Made by a program: the position numbers and the translations under genes
From: an uncultured delta proteobacterium
Lineage (GTDB): Bacteria; Myxococcota_A; Polyangia; Polyangiales; Houyiibacteriaceae
Reading direction: 5' to 3'
DNA: 64,000 nucleotides
Assembly (NCBI GenBank): GCA_963699755.1
Contig: CAVOVB010000003.1
Coordinates: 704,001 to 768,000 of the forward strand
Shown: piece by piece, positions 1 to 10,736 of the stretch
Layout of the letters: each line of letters starts with the position of its first letter
How positions within the stretch are numbered: position 1 is the first letter of the stretch
The notes under the pieces: model-generated
What the model was told of the DNA's origin: nothing
The model's input: the letters and a program-made list of their open reading frames with translations, nothing else
The model's database searches: none

Positions 1-733
1 TGTGCTCGAGTGCACCGGCTTGTTCCGCACGAAGGAAGCCGCATCGGCGCATTTGAAGGCTGGCGCAGAGCGCGTGATCATCAGCGCGCCCGGCAAGGGT
101 AAGATCGACGGCACCTTCGTCGTCGGCATCAACAGCGACGCGTTCAACCCGAAGACCGATCAGATCATCAGCTGTGCATCCTGCACGACCAACTGCTTGG
201 CCCCGCTTGCCAAGGTCCTGAACGACAGCTTTGGCATCGTGAAAGGTCACATGGTCACCGTGCACGCATACACGAACGACCAGGGTCTTCTCGACCAGCC
301 GCACTCGGACATGCGCCGGGCACGCGCCGCGGCGCTTTCGATGATTCCGACCTCCACCGGTGCGGCGACGGCGATTGGCCTCGTGATTCCGGAGCTTCAA
401 GGTAAGCTTGCCGGCACCGCGATTCGGGTGCCGACTCCCAACGTATCGCTCACCTGTCTCACTGCGCTGCTCGCCAAGAGCACCGACCGGGACGCGGTCA
501 ACGCGGCGCTCAAGGCTGCTGCAGAGGGCCCACTCAAGGGCATCCTCCAGTTCGAGGAGGCGCCGCTCGTCTCGGTCGACTTCATGGGCAACCCTCATTC
601 GTCGATTTGCGACGCAGCGCAGACTGAGGTCGTAGGGGGAGACCTCGTCGAGGTGCAGAGCTGGTACGACAACGAGTGGGGCTTCTCGAACCGCATGCTC
701 GACCTGGTGCGGATCGTCTCGAGCGCGAGCTAA
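1..733 (+). CDS. gap: glyceraldehyde-3-phosphate dehydrogenase type I (5' truncated by window edge)
   Basis: [10 protein letters not shown] active-site motif, [15 protein letters not shown]; precedes pgk-tpiA; reading frame starts at position 2. Confidence 0.97.
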   Translation, partial: VLECTGLFRTKEAASAHLKAGAERVIISAPGKGKIDGTFVVGINSDAFNPKTDQIISCASCTTNCLAPLAKVLNDSFGIVKGHMVTVHAYTNDQGLLDQPHSDMRRARAAALSMIPTSTGAATAIGLVIPELQGKLAGTAIRVPTPNVSLTCLTALLAKSTDRDAVNAALKAAAEGPLKGILQFEEAPLVSVDFMGNPHSSICDAAQTEVVGGDLVEVQSWYDNEWGFSNRMLDLVRIVSSAS

Positions 734-737
734 GCCT

Positions 738-1925
738 GTGCCCGAAGCCATTCGTTCGATCGAGGACCTGAACCTCGAAAGTGTTGCTACGTTCATTCGC
801 GTCGACTTCAACGTTCCGTTGAAGAACGGCGAAATAACGGACGACACCCGGATTCGTGCCGCTCTGCCGACGATTCGCTACGCGCTCGAACAGGGCGCGC
901 GGGTGGTGTTGGCGTCACACCTGGGTCGGCCGAAGGGCAAGGTCGTCCCCGAGCTATCGCTCGAGCCGGTCGCGGTTCGCTTGGCGGAGCTACTCGACGT
1001 CGGTGAGGTGTCTCTCACCGACGACTGCATCGGAGACGGCGCGCGCAAGGTCGTTCAAGACCTTCGCGACGGCCAGGTGGCACTGCTCGAGAACCTGCGC
1101 TTCCACCCGGAGGAAAAGAGCAACGACGTCGAATTCGCGCGGGAGCTCGGAGGTTCTTGCACCGCGTACGTGAACGACGCGTTTGGAGCTGCACACCGGG
1201 CGCACGCCTCGGTGAGCGCCCTTCCTCGTCTCATCGAGGACCGCGCTGCGGGCTTTCTGCTGCAGCGGGAGCTCGAGGCGCTCGACAAGCTGCGCACCGA
1301 TCCACCACGTCCGTACGTCGCCATCCTCGGCGGCGCGAAGGTGAGCGATAAGATCGGCGTCATGGAAGCGCTGCTCGGCAAGGTCGATGCGCTCCTGATC
1401 GGTGGCGCGATGGCGAACACGTTCCTGGCCGCGCGTGGCCTCAGTGTGGGGAAGAGTCTTTGCGAGGACGACAAGCTCGCGCTCGCTCGGAGCCTGATGG
1501 CCGCGGCGGAAGAGAGCGAAGTGGACCTGCTTCTGCCCATCGACGTTCGGATTGGGGACTCGATCGACTCCGCCAAGGCGCGGGCCGTGGGCGTCGACGC
1601 GATTCCCGCAGATGCCATGGCACTCGACATCGGCCCCGAGACGGAGCGCCTCTTCCGGGACCGTCTCCGCCGCTCGATGGCGGTGTTCTGGAACGGGCCA
1701 ATGGGGCTCTTCGAAAATGCGGCTTTTGCCGAGGGCACTTTGGCGGTGGCGCGAGCGGCCGCGGATTGTCCGGGGTTTAGCGTGGTGGGCGGAGGCGATA
1801 GCGTTGCCGCCGTGAAACAAGCCAATCTGGCGAGCCGCTTCGATCATGTGTCCACTGGCGGCGGCGCCTCATTGGAGTATCTAGAGGGCCGCCCTCTTCC
1901 CGGCGTGGAGGCCCTCAAGCCATGA
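738..1925 (+). CDS. pgk: phosphoglycerate kinase
   Basis: [37 protein letters not shown] motifs. Confidence 0.98.
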   Translation: MPEAIRSIEDLNLESVATFIRVDFNVPLKNGEITDDTRIRAALPTIRYALEQGARVVLASHLGRPKGKVVPELSLEPVAVRLAELLDVGEVSLTDDCIGDGARKVVQDLRDGQVALLENLRFHPEEKSNDVEFARELGGSCTAYVNDAFGAAHRAHASVSALPRLIEDRAAGFLLQRELEALDKLRTDPPRPYVAILGGAKVSDKIGVMEALLGKVDALLIGGAMANTFLAARGLSVGKSLCEDDKLALARSLMAAAEESEVDLLLPIDVRIGDSIDSAKARAVGVDAIPADAMALDIGPETERLFRDRLRRSMAVFWNGPMGLFENAAFAEGTLAVARAAADCPGFSVVGGGDSVAAVKQANLASRFDHVSTGGGASLEYLEGRPLPGVEALKP

Positions 1926-2698
1926 CCAACCGAAGACCGCTGATCGCAGGCAACTGGAAACTGCACAACACCATCGCCGAGTCTCAGGCATTGGCCGGCG
2001 CGATTGCCGCCCACGTCGGCGCTGGGCTGGCCTGTGACGTGGTTGTCGGTCCGGTGGCAACCTCGCTGACCTCGGTGAAGAAGACTCTCGAAGGGTCCGC
2101 TGTTGGCCTGTCGGCGCAGAACACGCATTGGGAGGATTCGGGCGCTTGGACCGGCGAGCTGAGCCCTACGCTCCTGCTCGACGCCGGTTGCGGCTACTGC
2201 ATCATCGGCCATTCGGAGCGACGTCAGTTCTTCGGCGAGACCGACGAAGGCGTCCGCAAGAAGGTCGGCGCGCTGCTCGTGCACAAGGTCGTACCGATCC
2301 TCTGCTGCGGCGAGAGCCTCGAAGAGCGAGACGCGGGCAAGACCCTCGAGGTCGTCCTAGGGCAAATCGAAGCAGCGACCGATGGATACGACGCCGTGGC
2401 CCTGGCGCCGCTCGTCGTGGCCTACGAACCGATCTGGGCGATTGGCACGGGCCGGACAGCCAAAGCCGCGGACGCACAAGAGGTGCACAGCGCGATTCGG
2501 GCCCGCCTCGCGGAGCTCAAGGGCAAATCGTGGGCAGACTCAGTTCGCATTCTGTATGGCGGGAGCGTGAAGCCCAGCAATGCGGACGAGCTGCTCTCCC
2601 AGCCCGATGTGGACGGCGCGCTGGTCGGTGGTGCGTCGCTCAGTCCCGACAATTTCATTCCGATTATCGACGCCGGCGTTCGCCGGGCAGAGAGCTGA
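1922..2698 (+). CDS. tpiA: triosephosphate isomerase
   Basis: [29 protein letters not shown] motifs; ATGA overlap with pgk. Confidence 0.98.
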   Translation: MTNRRPLIAGNWKLHNTIAESQALAGAIAAHVGAGLACDVVVGPVATSLTSVKKTLEGSAVGLSAQNTHWEDSGAWTGELSPTLLLDAGCGYCIIGHSERRQFFGETDEGVRKKVGALLVHKVVPILCCGESLEERDAGKTLEVVLGQIEAATDGYDAVALAPLVVAYEPIWAIGTGRTAKAADAQEVHSAIRARLAELKGKSWADSVRILYGGSVKPSNADELLSQPDVDGALVGGASLSPDNFIPIIDAGVRRAES

Positions 2699-2702
2699 GC
2701 TC

Positions 2703-3140
2703 ATGTATACCCTCATTTCGATCATCTATGTCTTCGTTTGCCTCTTCCTCATCCTCGTCGTGCTCTTGCAGTCGGGCAAAGGTGGCGGCCTCGGCTCGGC
2801 GTTTGGTGGGGGCACAAGCCAGCAAATTTTCGGTGGCGCCGGCGCAGGCAACCTACTCACTCGACTGACCGCCGGCTTCGCATTCACGTTCATGGCGCTT
2901 TCGGTCTGGCTCGCATTCCTTTCGTCTTCTGGTGAGCAGGCACTCGACCGCGCAGTGCGTGAGCAAACCGCCGCGCAAGAAGCGGCCGCGGAGATCGAAG
3001 CAGAAGAGGCCGAGGAAGCCGCGGCGGAAGCCGAAGAGGCTGCTGCGGCGGAGGCCGAGACTGAGGTCGAGGTGGAGATCGAGGCCGAGGTCGAGGCTGA
3101 ACAGGCGGCTGAAGAGGGTGCTGCCGAGGAGCAGCGGTAG
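2703..3140 (+). CDS. secG: preprotein translocase subunit SecG with acidic C-terminal extension
   Basis: Two hydrophobic helices around VLLQSGKGGGLGSAFGGG; classic position after tpiA; ATG at 2703 inside track ORF 2580..3140. Confidence 0.92.
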   Translation: MYTLISIIYVFVCLFLILVVLLQSGKGGGLGSAFGGGTSQQIFGGAGAGNLLTRLTAGFAFTFMALSVWLAFLSSSGEQALDRAVREQTAAQEAAAEIEAEEAEEAAAEAEEAAAAEAETEVEVEIEAEVEAEQAAEEGAAEEQR

Positions 3141-3184
3141 CATCGGCGCCCTGCAAGGTCGATGAAGCCCGCGACCACCACCGC

Positions 3185-4555
3185 TTACGGTCGCGCCTTC
3201 TGACGCAAAGCCTTCCCTTCGATCCCGCGCCAAGCCTGATGCTCCTGCCCTGCCTGCTTCGAATCGCCGAGCGCTTCGTAGAGCGCAGGAAGCGCGACAG
3301 AGATCGGCCGAGCCTTCACGGCGCTCTCCCAAGCCACTCGAAACTCCGAAAGGTTCGACGCAAAGGGAACGATCAGCTTCCCCCGAACCAGCGACAACGG
3401 CGCTGACCCTGCCCCTCCAGCTCCCGCAGCTGCCTCCCCGTGCACATGCGGCTCTCCGGTCTCGCAGGCCGCGCAATGATGCTCAAGCCGTTCCTGCTGA
3501 ATGAACACGCGTACGCCCTCGGGTAGCGCTTCCTCGAGGCTCTGAACGGCGCCCGCCCCTCGCTCGAGGGCGACGAAGGGCCATCGGCGCTCGTTGCCTG
3601 GGCGCAGAATCTCCAGCAATGGGAAGACCGGGATGGCTTCTTCGGCCGAAGTCCTGTGGGCGGCGACCGGCGCCCCGTCCCAAAGCACCAAATCGCCGTA
3701 GTCGATGGGCGCGTCGCGGAATGTGGGCGATTGCACGACGCCATGGCACGGGCTGAGGGGCGCGATCCAGACCAGCTCGAAGCCCACTGCGTTGTCGGGG
3801 AGCTGGGAGGTGGCGTCGGTTGAAGGCCTGCGCGAAAGCACGCGGAGCAGCATCGGCGGGAGGTCGGCGACGTAGGGCATGCCGCGCGACCGATCGAGTC
3901 GCGCGGGGATGCCGATCTCTTCCCAGGTTTCGACGGCCTCTTCGCCCTTGCCGAGAGCGGTCGCACAGATCGCGAGATTCCAGAGCACGGGCCGCTGAGG
4001 CCCCAGACGCATCTTGGCTTGCTCGTTTGCGGCGTAGCCCTCGTCGAACCTACCGCGCCACTTGTCGAGCAGGCCTGCGTCGTACCACCACTCGCCGCGC
4101 TCGGGGTCGAGCTCGATCGCGCGCGTGAACGCTTCCTGCGCTTCGGCATCCCGGCCCGGGCCGCAGAGTCGGAGCGCGTTGCCTAGCATCGCGTGCAGGT
4201 TGCCGGCGACCTCGGGGTCGTTGCGATCTGGCTCATCGAGTGCTTCCAAGCATCGCGTCAATGCGCTCGCGGCCCAGGCAGCCGGTCCGTCTTCGCTGAG
4301 CGGGGGCTCGTCCATGCCGCGCCGGCCGGCCTGCTCGATCAGAAGCGACGTCGCTCCCAGCGTCAGGCGCCAGTCCCCTGTCCAAGCGTCGACCAGCTCC
4401 CGGAGGAGATCGCGCTGGGCGACCCCATTGCCCATTTCCCGAATCAAGCCCAGTGCCAGCTCGACGAGCGTTCGGTCGGAACCTAACTGGCTCCGCCGCC
4501 CAAGGAGCGCTCTCCAGGCAGATTCCAGGTCTTCAGTCGGTTCGAGCTGGTTCAT
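3185..4555 (-). CDS. TPR-repeat hypothetical protein
   Basis: TPR-like helices (AQEAFTRAIELDPERGEWWYDAG; LWNLAICATALGKGEEA); fills the gap between secG and the phosphatase gene. Confidence 0.7.
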   Translation of the reverse strand: MNQLEPTEDLESAWRALLGRRSQLGSDRTLVELALGLIREMGNGVAQRDLLRELVDAWTGDWRLTLGATSLLIEQAGRRGMDEPPLSEDGPAAWAASALTRCLEALDEPDRNDPEVAGNLHAMLGNALRLCGPGRDAEAQEAFTRAIELDPERGEWWYDAGLLDKWRGRFDEGYAANEQAKMRLGPQRPVLWNLAICATALGKGEEAVETWEEIGIPARLDRSRGMPYVADLPPMLLRVLSRRPSTDATSQLPDNAVGFELVWIAPLSPCHGVVQSPTFRDAPIDYGDLVLWDGAPVAAHRTSAEEAIPVFPLLEILRPGNERRWPFVALERGAGAVQSLEEALPEGVRVFIQQERLEHHCAACETGEPHVHGEAAAGAGGAGSAPLSLVRGKLIVPFASNLSEFRVAWESAVKARPISVALPALYEALGDSKQAGQEHQAWRGIEGKALRQKARP

Positions 4556-4707
4556 GCGGCCGGAGCTTAGCAGCCGGCACTTGCTTGTCAGCGCTGCTCT
4601 GGCTTGCAGTGCTCGATTTCAACCTCTTCTTGGTGGAGGCAGCCGTTTTTCGCTAACCTGAGGGCGCGCGCGCCAGTTTTGGGCCGCCACTGACGAACGG
4701 GGATGGG

Positions 4708-5463
4708 TTGCAATATCACAGTGCGGGACTGACCGACGTCGGACAGCGCCGAAAATTGAACGAGGACGCGTTCATGGTGGATGACGAGCTTGGCTTGTAC
4801 GTCGTCGCGGACGGGATGGGCGGTCACGCGGCTGGCGAGATCGCGAGCCAGGAAGCCGTCGACACGGTGTATGGCATGGTCCGCAGAGGCCATGACGCGC
4901 TCGATCGCGTCGCTCAGGGTGACACGAGCGAGGAGTCGCTCCGCCGAGCGATCCGGATTGTCGAAAGCGCCGTGCAGGCAGCGACCTACATGGTCTTTGG
5001 TCTGGCCCAGCATGCTCCCGAACAGCAAGGCATGGGCACCACCCTGTCGGTGCTCGCGATGTGTGGTGACTACGGCATCACCGCGCAGGTCGGTGACAGT
5101 CGCATCTATTTGATTCGCGATCGCACCGCCCAGCCGCTCACCGAAGACCACACTCTCGTCGCCTGGCAGTTGAAACAGGGCATCATCACCGAAGCCGAAG
5201 CCGCTCGATCGCCGCACCGCAATGTGATCACCCGCGCGGTAGGAAGTCGTGAATACGTTCAGGTCGATACCGGTTTCTTCGAGGTGCTGCCCGCCGACGC
5301 CTATCTTCTCTGCTCCGACGGGCTCCACGGATACCTGCAAGAAGGCGAGATCCCGGACGTGATCGACATGGGTCCCAAGGGCGCAGCCGAACGATTCGTC
5401 CACGTCGCGAACTCACGCGGCGGGCGGGACAACATTACTGCTGTTGTGGTTAGCGTACGGTAG
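4708..5463 (+). CDS. PP2C/PPM-family Ser/Thr protein phosphatase
   Basis: NEDA, VADGMGGH, GMGTT, VGDSR, LLCSDGL, GGRDNIT motifs; TTG start. Confidence 0.93.
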   Translation: MQYHSAGLTDVGQRRKLNEDAFMVDDELGLYVVADGMGGHAAGEIASQEAVDTVYGMVRRGHDALDRVAQGDTSEESLRRAIRIVESAVQAATYMVFGLAQHAPEQQGMGTTLSVLAMCGDYGITAQVGDSRIYLIRDRTAQPLTEDHTLVAWQLKQGIITEAEAARSPHRNVITRAVGSREYVQVDTGFFEVLPADAYLLCSDGLHGYLQEGEIPDVIDMGPKGAAERFVHVANSRGGRDNITAVVVSVR

Positions 5464-5519
5464 CGATCGGGGCGCGGAAGAAGCCACGACGCGGGGCTGC
5501 GTCGAACGGCTCGGCTCAG

Positions 5520-5538
5520 GCGATGTAACTAGACCAAA
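5520..5538. repeat. dispersed degenerate repeat core GCGRTGTAAYTARACCRAA (copy 1)
   Basis: 15/19 identical to 33870..33888, all four differences are transitions; similar flanks. Confidence 0.5.
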
Positions 5539-5645
5539 CAACGCGCCCAACCCAACACCCCGCCCAAGATCGGCGCCAGCACCAGCGCGTTCGGCTTCAC
5601 GACTTCGGGTCCGGCTCATCAACGAGCAGCGGGCCCGCGTCTGTC

Positions 5646-5667
5646 CGCTTGGCCCTGGGGCCAAGCG
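5646..5667 (-). terminator. hairpin immediately after the rpsA stop
   Basis: CGCTTGGCC-ctgg-GGCCAAGCG perfect 9-bp stem; no U-tract. Confidence 0.45.
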
Positions 5668-5669
5668 CC

Positions 5670-7487
<1,818 letters not shown>

Positions 7488-7573
7488 GTATTATTCGCTG
7501 CTTCCGGTGCGTTCGACGGAGCGCGGCACAGCTGGCCGTGCTTCCGAAGACCCCCGGAATGCAGGGGAGTGCC

Positions 7574-7602
7574 TGGGTAGCAGGGGACTTTGGGGGTGTC
7601 AA
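7574..7602 (-). promoter_or_regulatory. sigma70-type promoter for rpsA
   Basis: TTGACA-17 bp-TACCCA with extended -10 TG on the minus strand, overlapping the cmk stop. Confidence 0.6.
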
Positions 7603-8276
7603 TTGCAGGACTGGACCAGCTCGAGCACGTGTTGGACCACCGCTTCGAGGTCGAGGCTGGTGCTGTCGAGGATGACCGCGTCCTCTGCGGGGCGCAGTGG
7701 GGCGATGGCGCGGGTCGAGTCGGCCTCGTCGCGGGAGCGGATCTTGGCGAGCACCTCGTCGTAATCCGCCCGTGAGCCTCGGTTTCGCAGGTCCTGCACC
7801 CGGCGGCGGGCCCGTTCTTCTGCGGAGGCGGTCAAGAAGAGCTTCACCTCGGCGTCGGGAAAGACGATGGTCCCGATGTCGCGGCCTTCGAGCACCACTC
7901 CGCCTTCGCGGCCGAGATCGCGCTGCATCTCGAGAAGCGCGCGGCGGACCCCCGGATACGCGCTCACCTGGCTTGCGCCGGCGGACATTTCGGGGGTCCG
8001 AATCTCGTCGGCCCGGTCTTCTCCATCCAGTAAAAGCCGAGTTGTTCCATCGTCTTGCGAGGCGAAGCCAAGCTCTGCCTCGGCAGCGACCGCGCCGACG
8101 CCCGCTTCGTCATCCCAGGCAACGCCGCGATCGCGGGCCGCAAGGGCTACCCCGCGATAGAGGGCCCCGGTATCGACCAGTGTGTAGCCAAGGCGCCGGG
8201 CGAGAACTCGCGCCGTGGTGCTCTTGCCGACACCGGCCGGACCGTCGATCGCGATGACGGGGCGTGGTCGATTCAT
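7599..8276 (-). CDS. cmk: cytidylate kinase
   Basis: IAIDGPAGVGKST, DTGALYR, EGRDIGT; ATG at 8276 overlaps the aroA stop (ATGA); the track's upstream extension is spurious. Confidence 0.96.
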   Translation of the reverse strand: MNRPRPVIAIDGPAGVGKSTTARVLARRLGYTLVDTGALYRGVALAARDRGVAWDDEAGVGAVAAEAELGFASQDDGTTRLLLDGEDRADEIRTPEMSAGASQVSAYPGVRRALLEMQRDLGREGGVVLEGRDIGTIVFPDAEVKLFLTASAEERARRRVQDLRNRGSRADYDEVLAKIRSRDEADSTRAIAPLRPAEDAVILDSTSLDLEAVVQHVLELVQSCN

Positions 8277-9634
8277 CTGGTTTCCTCCGTGATGTCTGCT
8301 CCCAGGGACCGCATCAACGGCACGAAGCCCGGGAAGCTCGTGTCCACCGCCTCGGCCCCTTCGATCAGCGACTCGCCTTCTGCCAGAAGTCCTAGCAAAG
8401 CGGCGGACATCGCGATTCGGTGGTCGCCCCGGCTTTCGATCTGGGCGCCGTGGAGCGCGGCCCCGCCGGTGATGATCAGGCCGTCGGGCAGCTCTTCGCA
8501 CGGCACACCGAAGGCCCGGAGGACCTGGGCCATCGTGGCGATGCGGTCGCTCTCCTTGACCCGAAGCTCGCTCGCGTCTCGGATCTCGGTTTGACCTTTG
8601 GATATCGCGGCCAAGGCGCAGACCGCAGGGACCTCGTCGATCATTCGGACCAGGAGCTCGCCGCCGGCGACGGAGCCTCGAATCGCGCTGTGGGCGACGC
8701 TGATTTCGGCCATCGGCTCGTCGCCCGCGCCGTGTCCGCTCGGGCGACGAGAGACGCTCGAGCCGAGCAAACGCAGCCAATCGAAGAGTCCCGTGCGGGT
8801 CGGGTTCACGCAGACGTCGGCCACGCTGACCCGGCTTCCCGGGACCATTGCGGCGGCGACCAAGGGAAACGCGGCGCTCGATGGATCGCCAGGCACATGC
8901 CAGTCGAAGGGATCCCAACCTCCGGCCCAATCGAGATTTGGGTCGAGAACGACGGACGCGCCGGCGGTTTGGAGCGGGACGCCGAGCGCAAGCATCATTC
9001 GCTCGGTATGGTCGCGGGAGAGCACGGGCTCCTCGATGGCGGTCGGAGCGCCTGCGTAGAGGCCGCTCAGCAGGAGGGCACTCTTCACCTGGGCGCTCGC
9101 GATCGGCATCGCGTACTCGATGCCTTTGAGGGTCTCACCCTCGACCAGGGGCGCGATGGAAATCGGTGGATAGAGCTCGTCGGGTTTGGCGCCTGCGGTT
9201 CCCGCGATGTGGGCGCCCCGCGCCCGCAAAGGCTTGATGACGCGACCCATCGGGCGACGTGTGAGCGACTCGTCACCGACCATGCGGGTGCCGAAGCGCT
9301 GGCCGCTGAGCAAGCCTGCGAGCAGTCGCATCGTGGTGCCGGAGTTGCCGCAGTCGATCACGTCACCCGGCATTCTGAGGCCGTGGAGGCCGACGCCGTG
9401 GACCGTGGTGGCTTGGTCCGTGCTCTCCACGGCGACGCCCATCGCGCGAAACGCTTGGCGCGTTGCCGCATTGTCCAAGCCTTCGGATAGACCGGTAATC
9501 CTTGATGGGCCGCGGCCGAGGGCTCCGAAGATCAGGCTCCGGTGGCCGATCGATTTGTCGCCGGGCACCCGCACGCTGCCGCGGAGCGCTCCGGAACGGC
9601 GGACGCGGTATCGCTTCTTGATTCCGCTAGACAC
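8273..9634 (-). CDS. aroA: 3-phosphoshikimate 1-carboxyvinyltransferase (EPSP synthase)
   Basis: PGDKSIGHR, CGNSGTTMR, SAQVKSA, RDHTE, LRVKESDR, DHRIAM. Confidence 0.97.
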   Translation of the reverse strand: MSSGIKKRYRVRRSGALRGSVRVPGDKSIGHRSLIFGALGRGPSRITGLSEGLDNAATRQAFRAMGVAVESTDQATTVHGVGLHGLRMPGDVIDCGNSGTTMRLLAGLLSGQRFGTRMVGDESLTRRPMGRVIKPLRARGAHIAGTAGAKPDELYPPISIAPLVEGETLKGIEYAMPIASAQVKSALLLSGLYAGAPTAIEEPVLSRDHTERMMLALGVPLQTAGASVVLDPNLDWAGGWDPFDWHVPGDPSSAAFPLVAAAMVPGSRVSVADVCVNPTRTGLFDWLRLLGSSVSRRPSGHGAGDEPMAEISVAHSAIRGSVAGGELLVRMIDEVPAVCALAAISKGQTEIRDASELRVKESDRIATMAQVLRAFGVPCEELPDGLIITGGAALHGAQIESRGDHRIAMSAALLGLLAEGESLIEGAEAVDTSFPGFVPLMRSLGADITEETR

Positions 9635-10727
9635 CTGAGTCCCCTAGCACGCGGCGAAGCGATTGGAGAAAGCGCTCGTTCTCCTCGGGCTTTCCCACCG
9701 TGACCCGGATCCATGATTGAAGAGGCGCCTGCATCGGGCGCACGATGACTCCTTCGCGGAGCAGGTCTTCGTAGACCGCCCTCCCCGGCTTCTCGAGCTC
9801 GACCAGAACGAAGTTGGCCTGGCTCGGCGCTACACGCAGGCCTGCTCCCTCGAGCGCCTCGTTCAGCTTGCCGCGTTCCCGAAGCGTCGCTTCGACGCCT
9901 ACGCGCAGATGCACCTGATCCCCGAGCGCGGCCTTGGCGGCGACCTGTCCTAAAGTTCCGACGTTGAACGGCGCGCGCAATCGGTTGAGGTCGGCGACGA
10001 GCTCGCTGGTTCCGATCGCGTAGCCGACCCGGAGCGCGGCAAGCCCGTATGCCTTGGAGAAGGTTCGCAGAATCGTCAGCCGCTCCCGCGTCTGGCGAAG
10101 GTCGATGGCGGGGATGAAATCCTCGGCATCGGCGTACTCGACGTAGGCTTCGTCGACCACCGCGAGCACGCGCTCGGGAAGCAAGCGCAGAAGGCGCTCG
10201 AGCTCGCCTTTGGCGATGTAGCTGCCGGTCGGGTTATTGGGGTTGGAGACGAAGAGAAGCTTCGTTTCGGGCGTCACCGCCGCGAGCAGGTCGTCTACGT
10301 TCCAGTCTAGGTCGTCGCGAAGTGGGACGGGCGTGAAGCGCAGCTCCTGCGCGACCGAAGCGATTCGGTAACAAGGGAACGACGGGTGGCCGAAGACCAC
10401 GTGCTCACCGCGGCTTGCAAACACGCGACAGATCAAATCGATGAGCTCGTTCGAGCCGTTGCCTAGGCAGAGCTGCCCGGGCAGTACACCGTGGTGGGCG
10501 GCAAGCGCTTCGCGCAGGTCGTGTCCCCGCGGATCGGGATAGCGCTCCAAGCGAAGGGCAGCTGCCGACAAGGCTTCGATCGCCATTGGCGAAGGGCCGT
10601 ACGGGTTCTCGTTCGAGGCGAGCTTCACCACGTCTTCGATGCCGAGCTCGCGTCGGAGCTCGTCTTCTGGTTTGCCGGGCTCGTACGCCGTCAGCGCGAG
10701 GATGTGAGGTGCCGCGAGGTCGCTCAT
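9627..10727 (-). CDS. hisC: histidinol-phosphate aminotransferase
   Basis: KLASNENP, NPNNPTG, DEAY, RTFSKAYGLAALRVGY. Confidence 0.95.
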   Translation of the reverse strand: MSDLAAPHILALTAYEPGKPEDELRRELGIEDVVKLASNENPYGPSPMAIEALSAAALRLERYPDPRGHDLREALAAHHGVLPGQLCLGNGSNELIDLICRVFASRGEHVVFGHPSFPCYRIASVAQELRFTPVPLRDDLDWNVDDLLAAVTPETKLLFVSNPNNPTGSYIAKGELERLLRLLPERVLAVVDEAYVEYADAEDFIPAIDLRQTRERLTILRTFSKAYGLAALRVGYAIGTSELVADLNRLRAPFNVGTLGQVAAKAALGDQVHLRVGVEATLRERGKLNEALEGAGLRVAPSQANFVLVELEKPGRAVYEDLLREGVIVRPMQAPLQSWIRVTVGKPEENERFLQSLRRVLGDSGV

Positions 10728-10736
10728 GGGGGTCTG

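Noticed and set aside
3141..3184. tRNA-Leu often found after secG
   Set aside because: Gap is only 44 nt and shows no cloverleaf
8277..8930. Long N-terminal extension of cmk, and similar track extensions of ribD, the metallophosphoesterase and secG
   Set aside because: They overlap neighbouring real genes; internal starts match family N-termini
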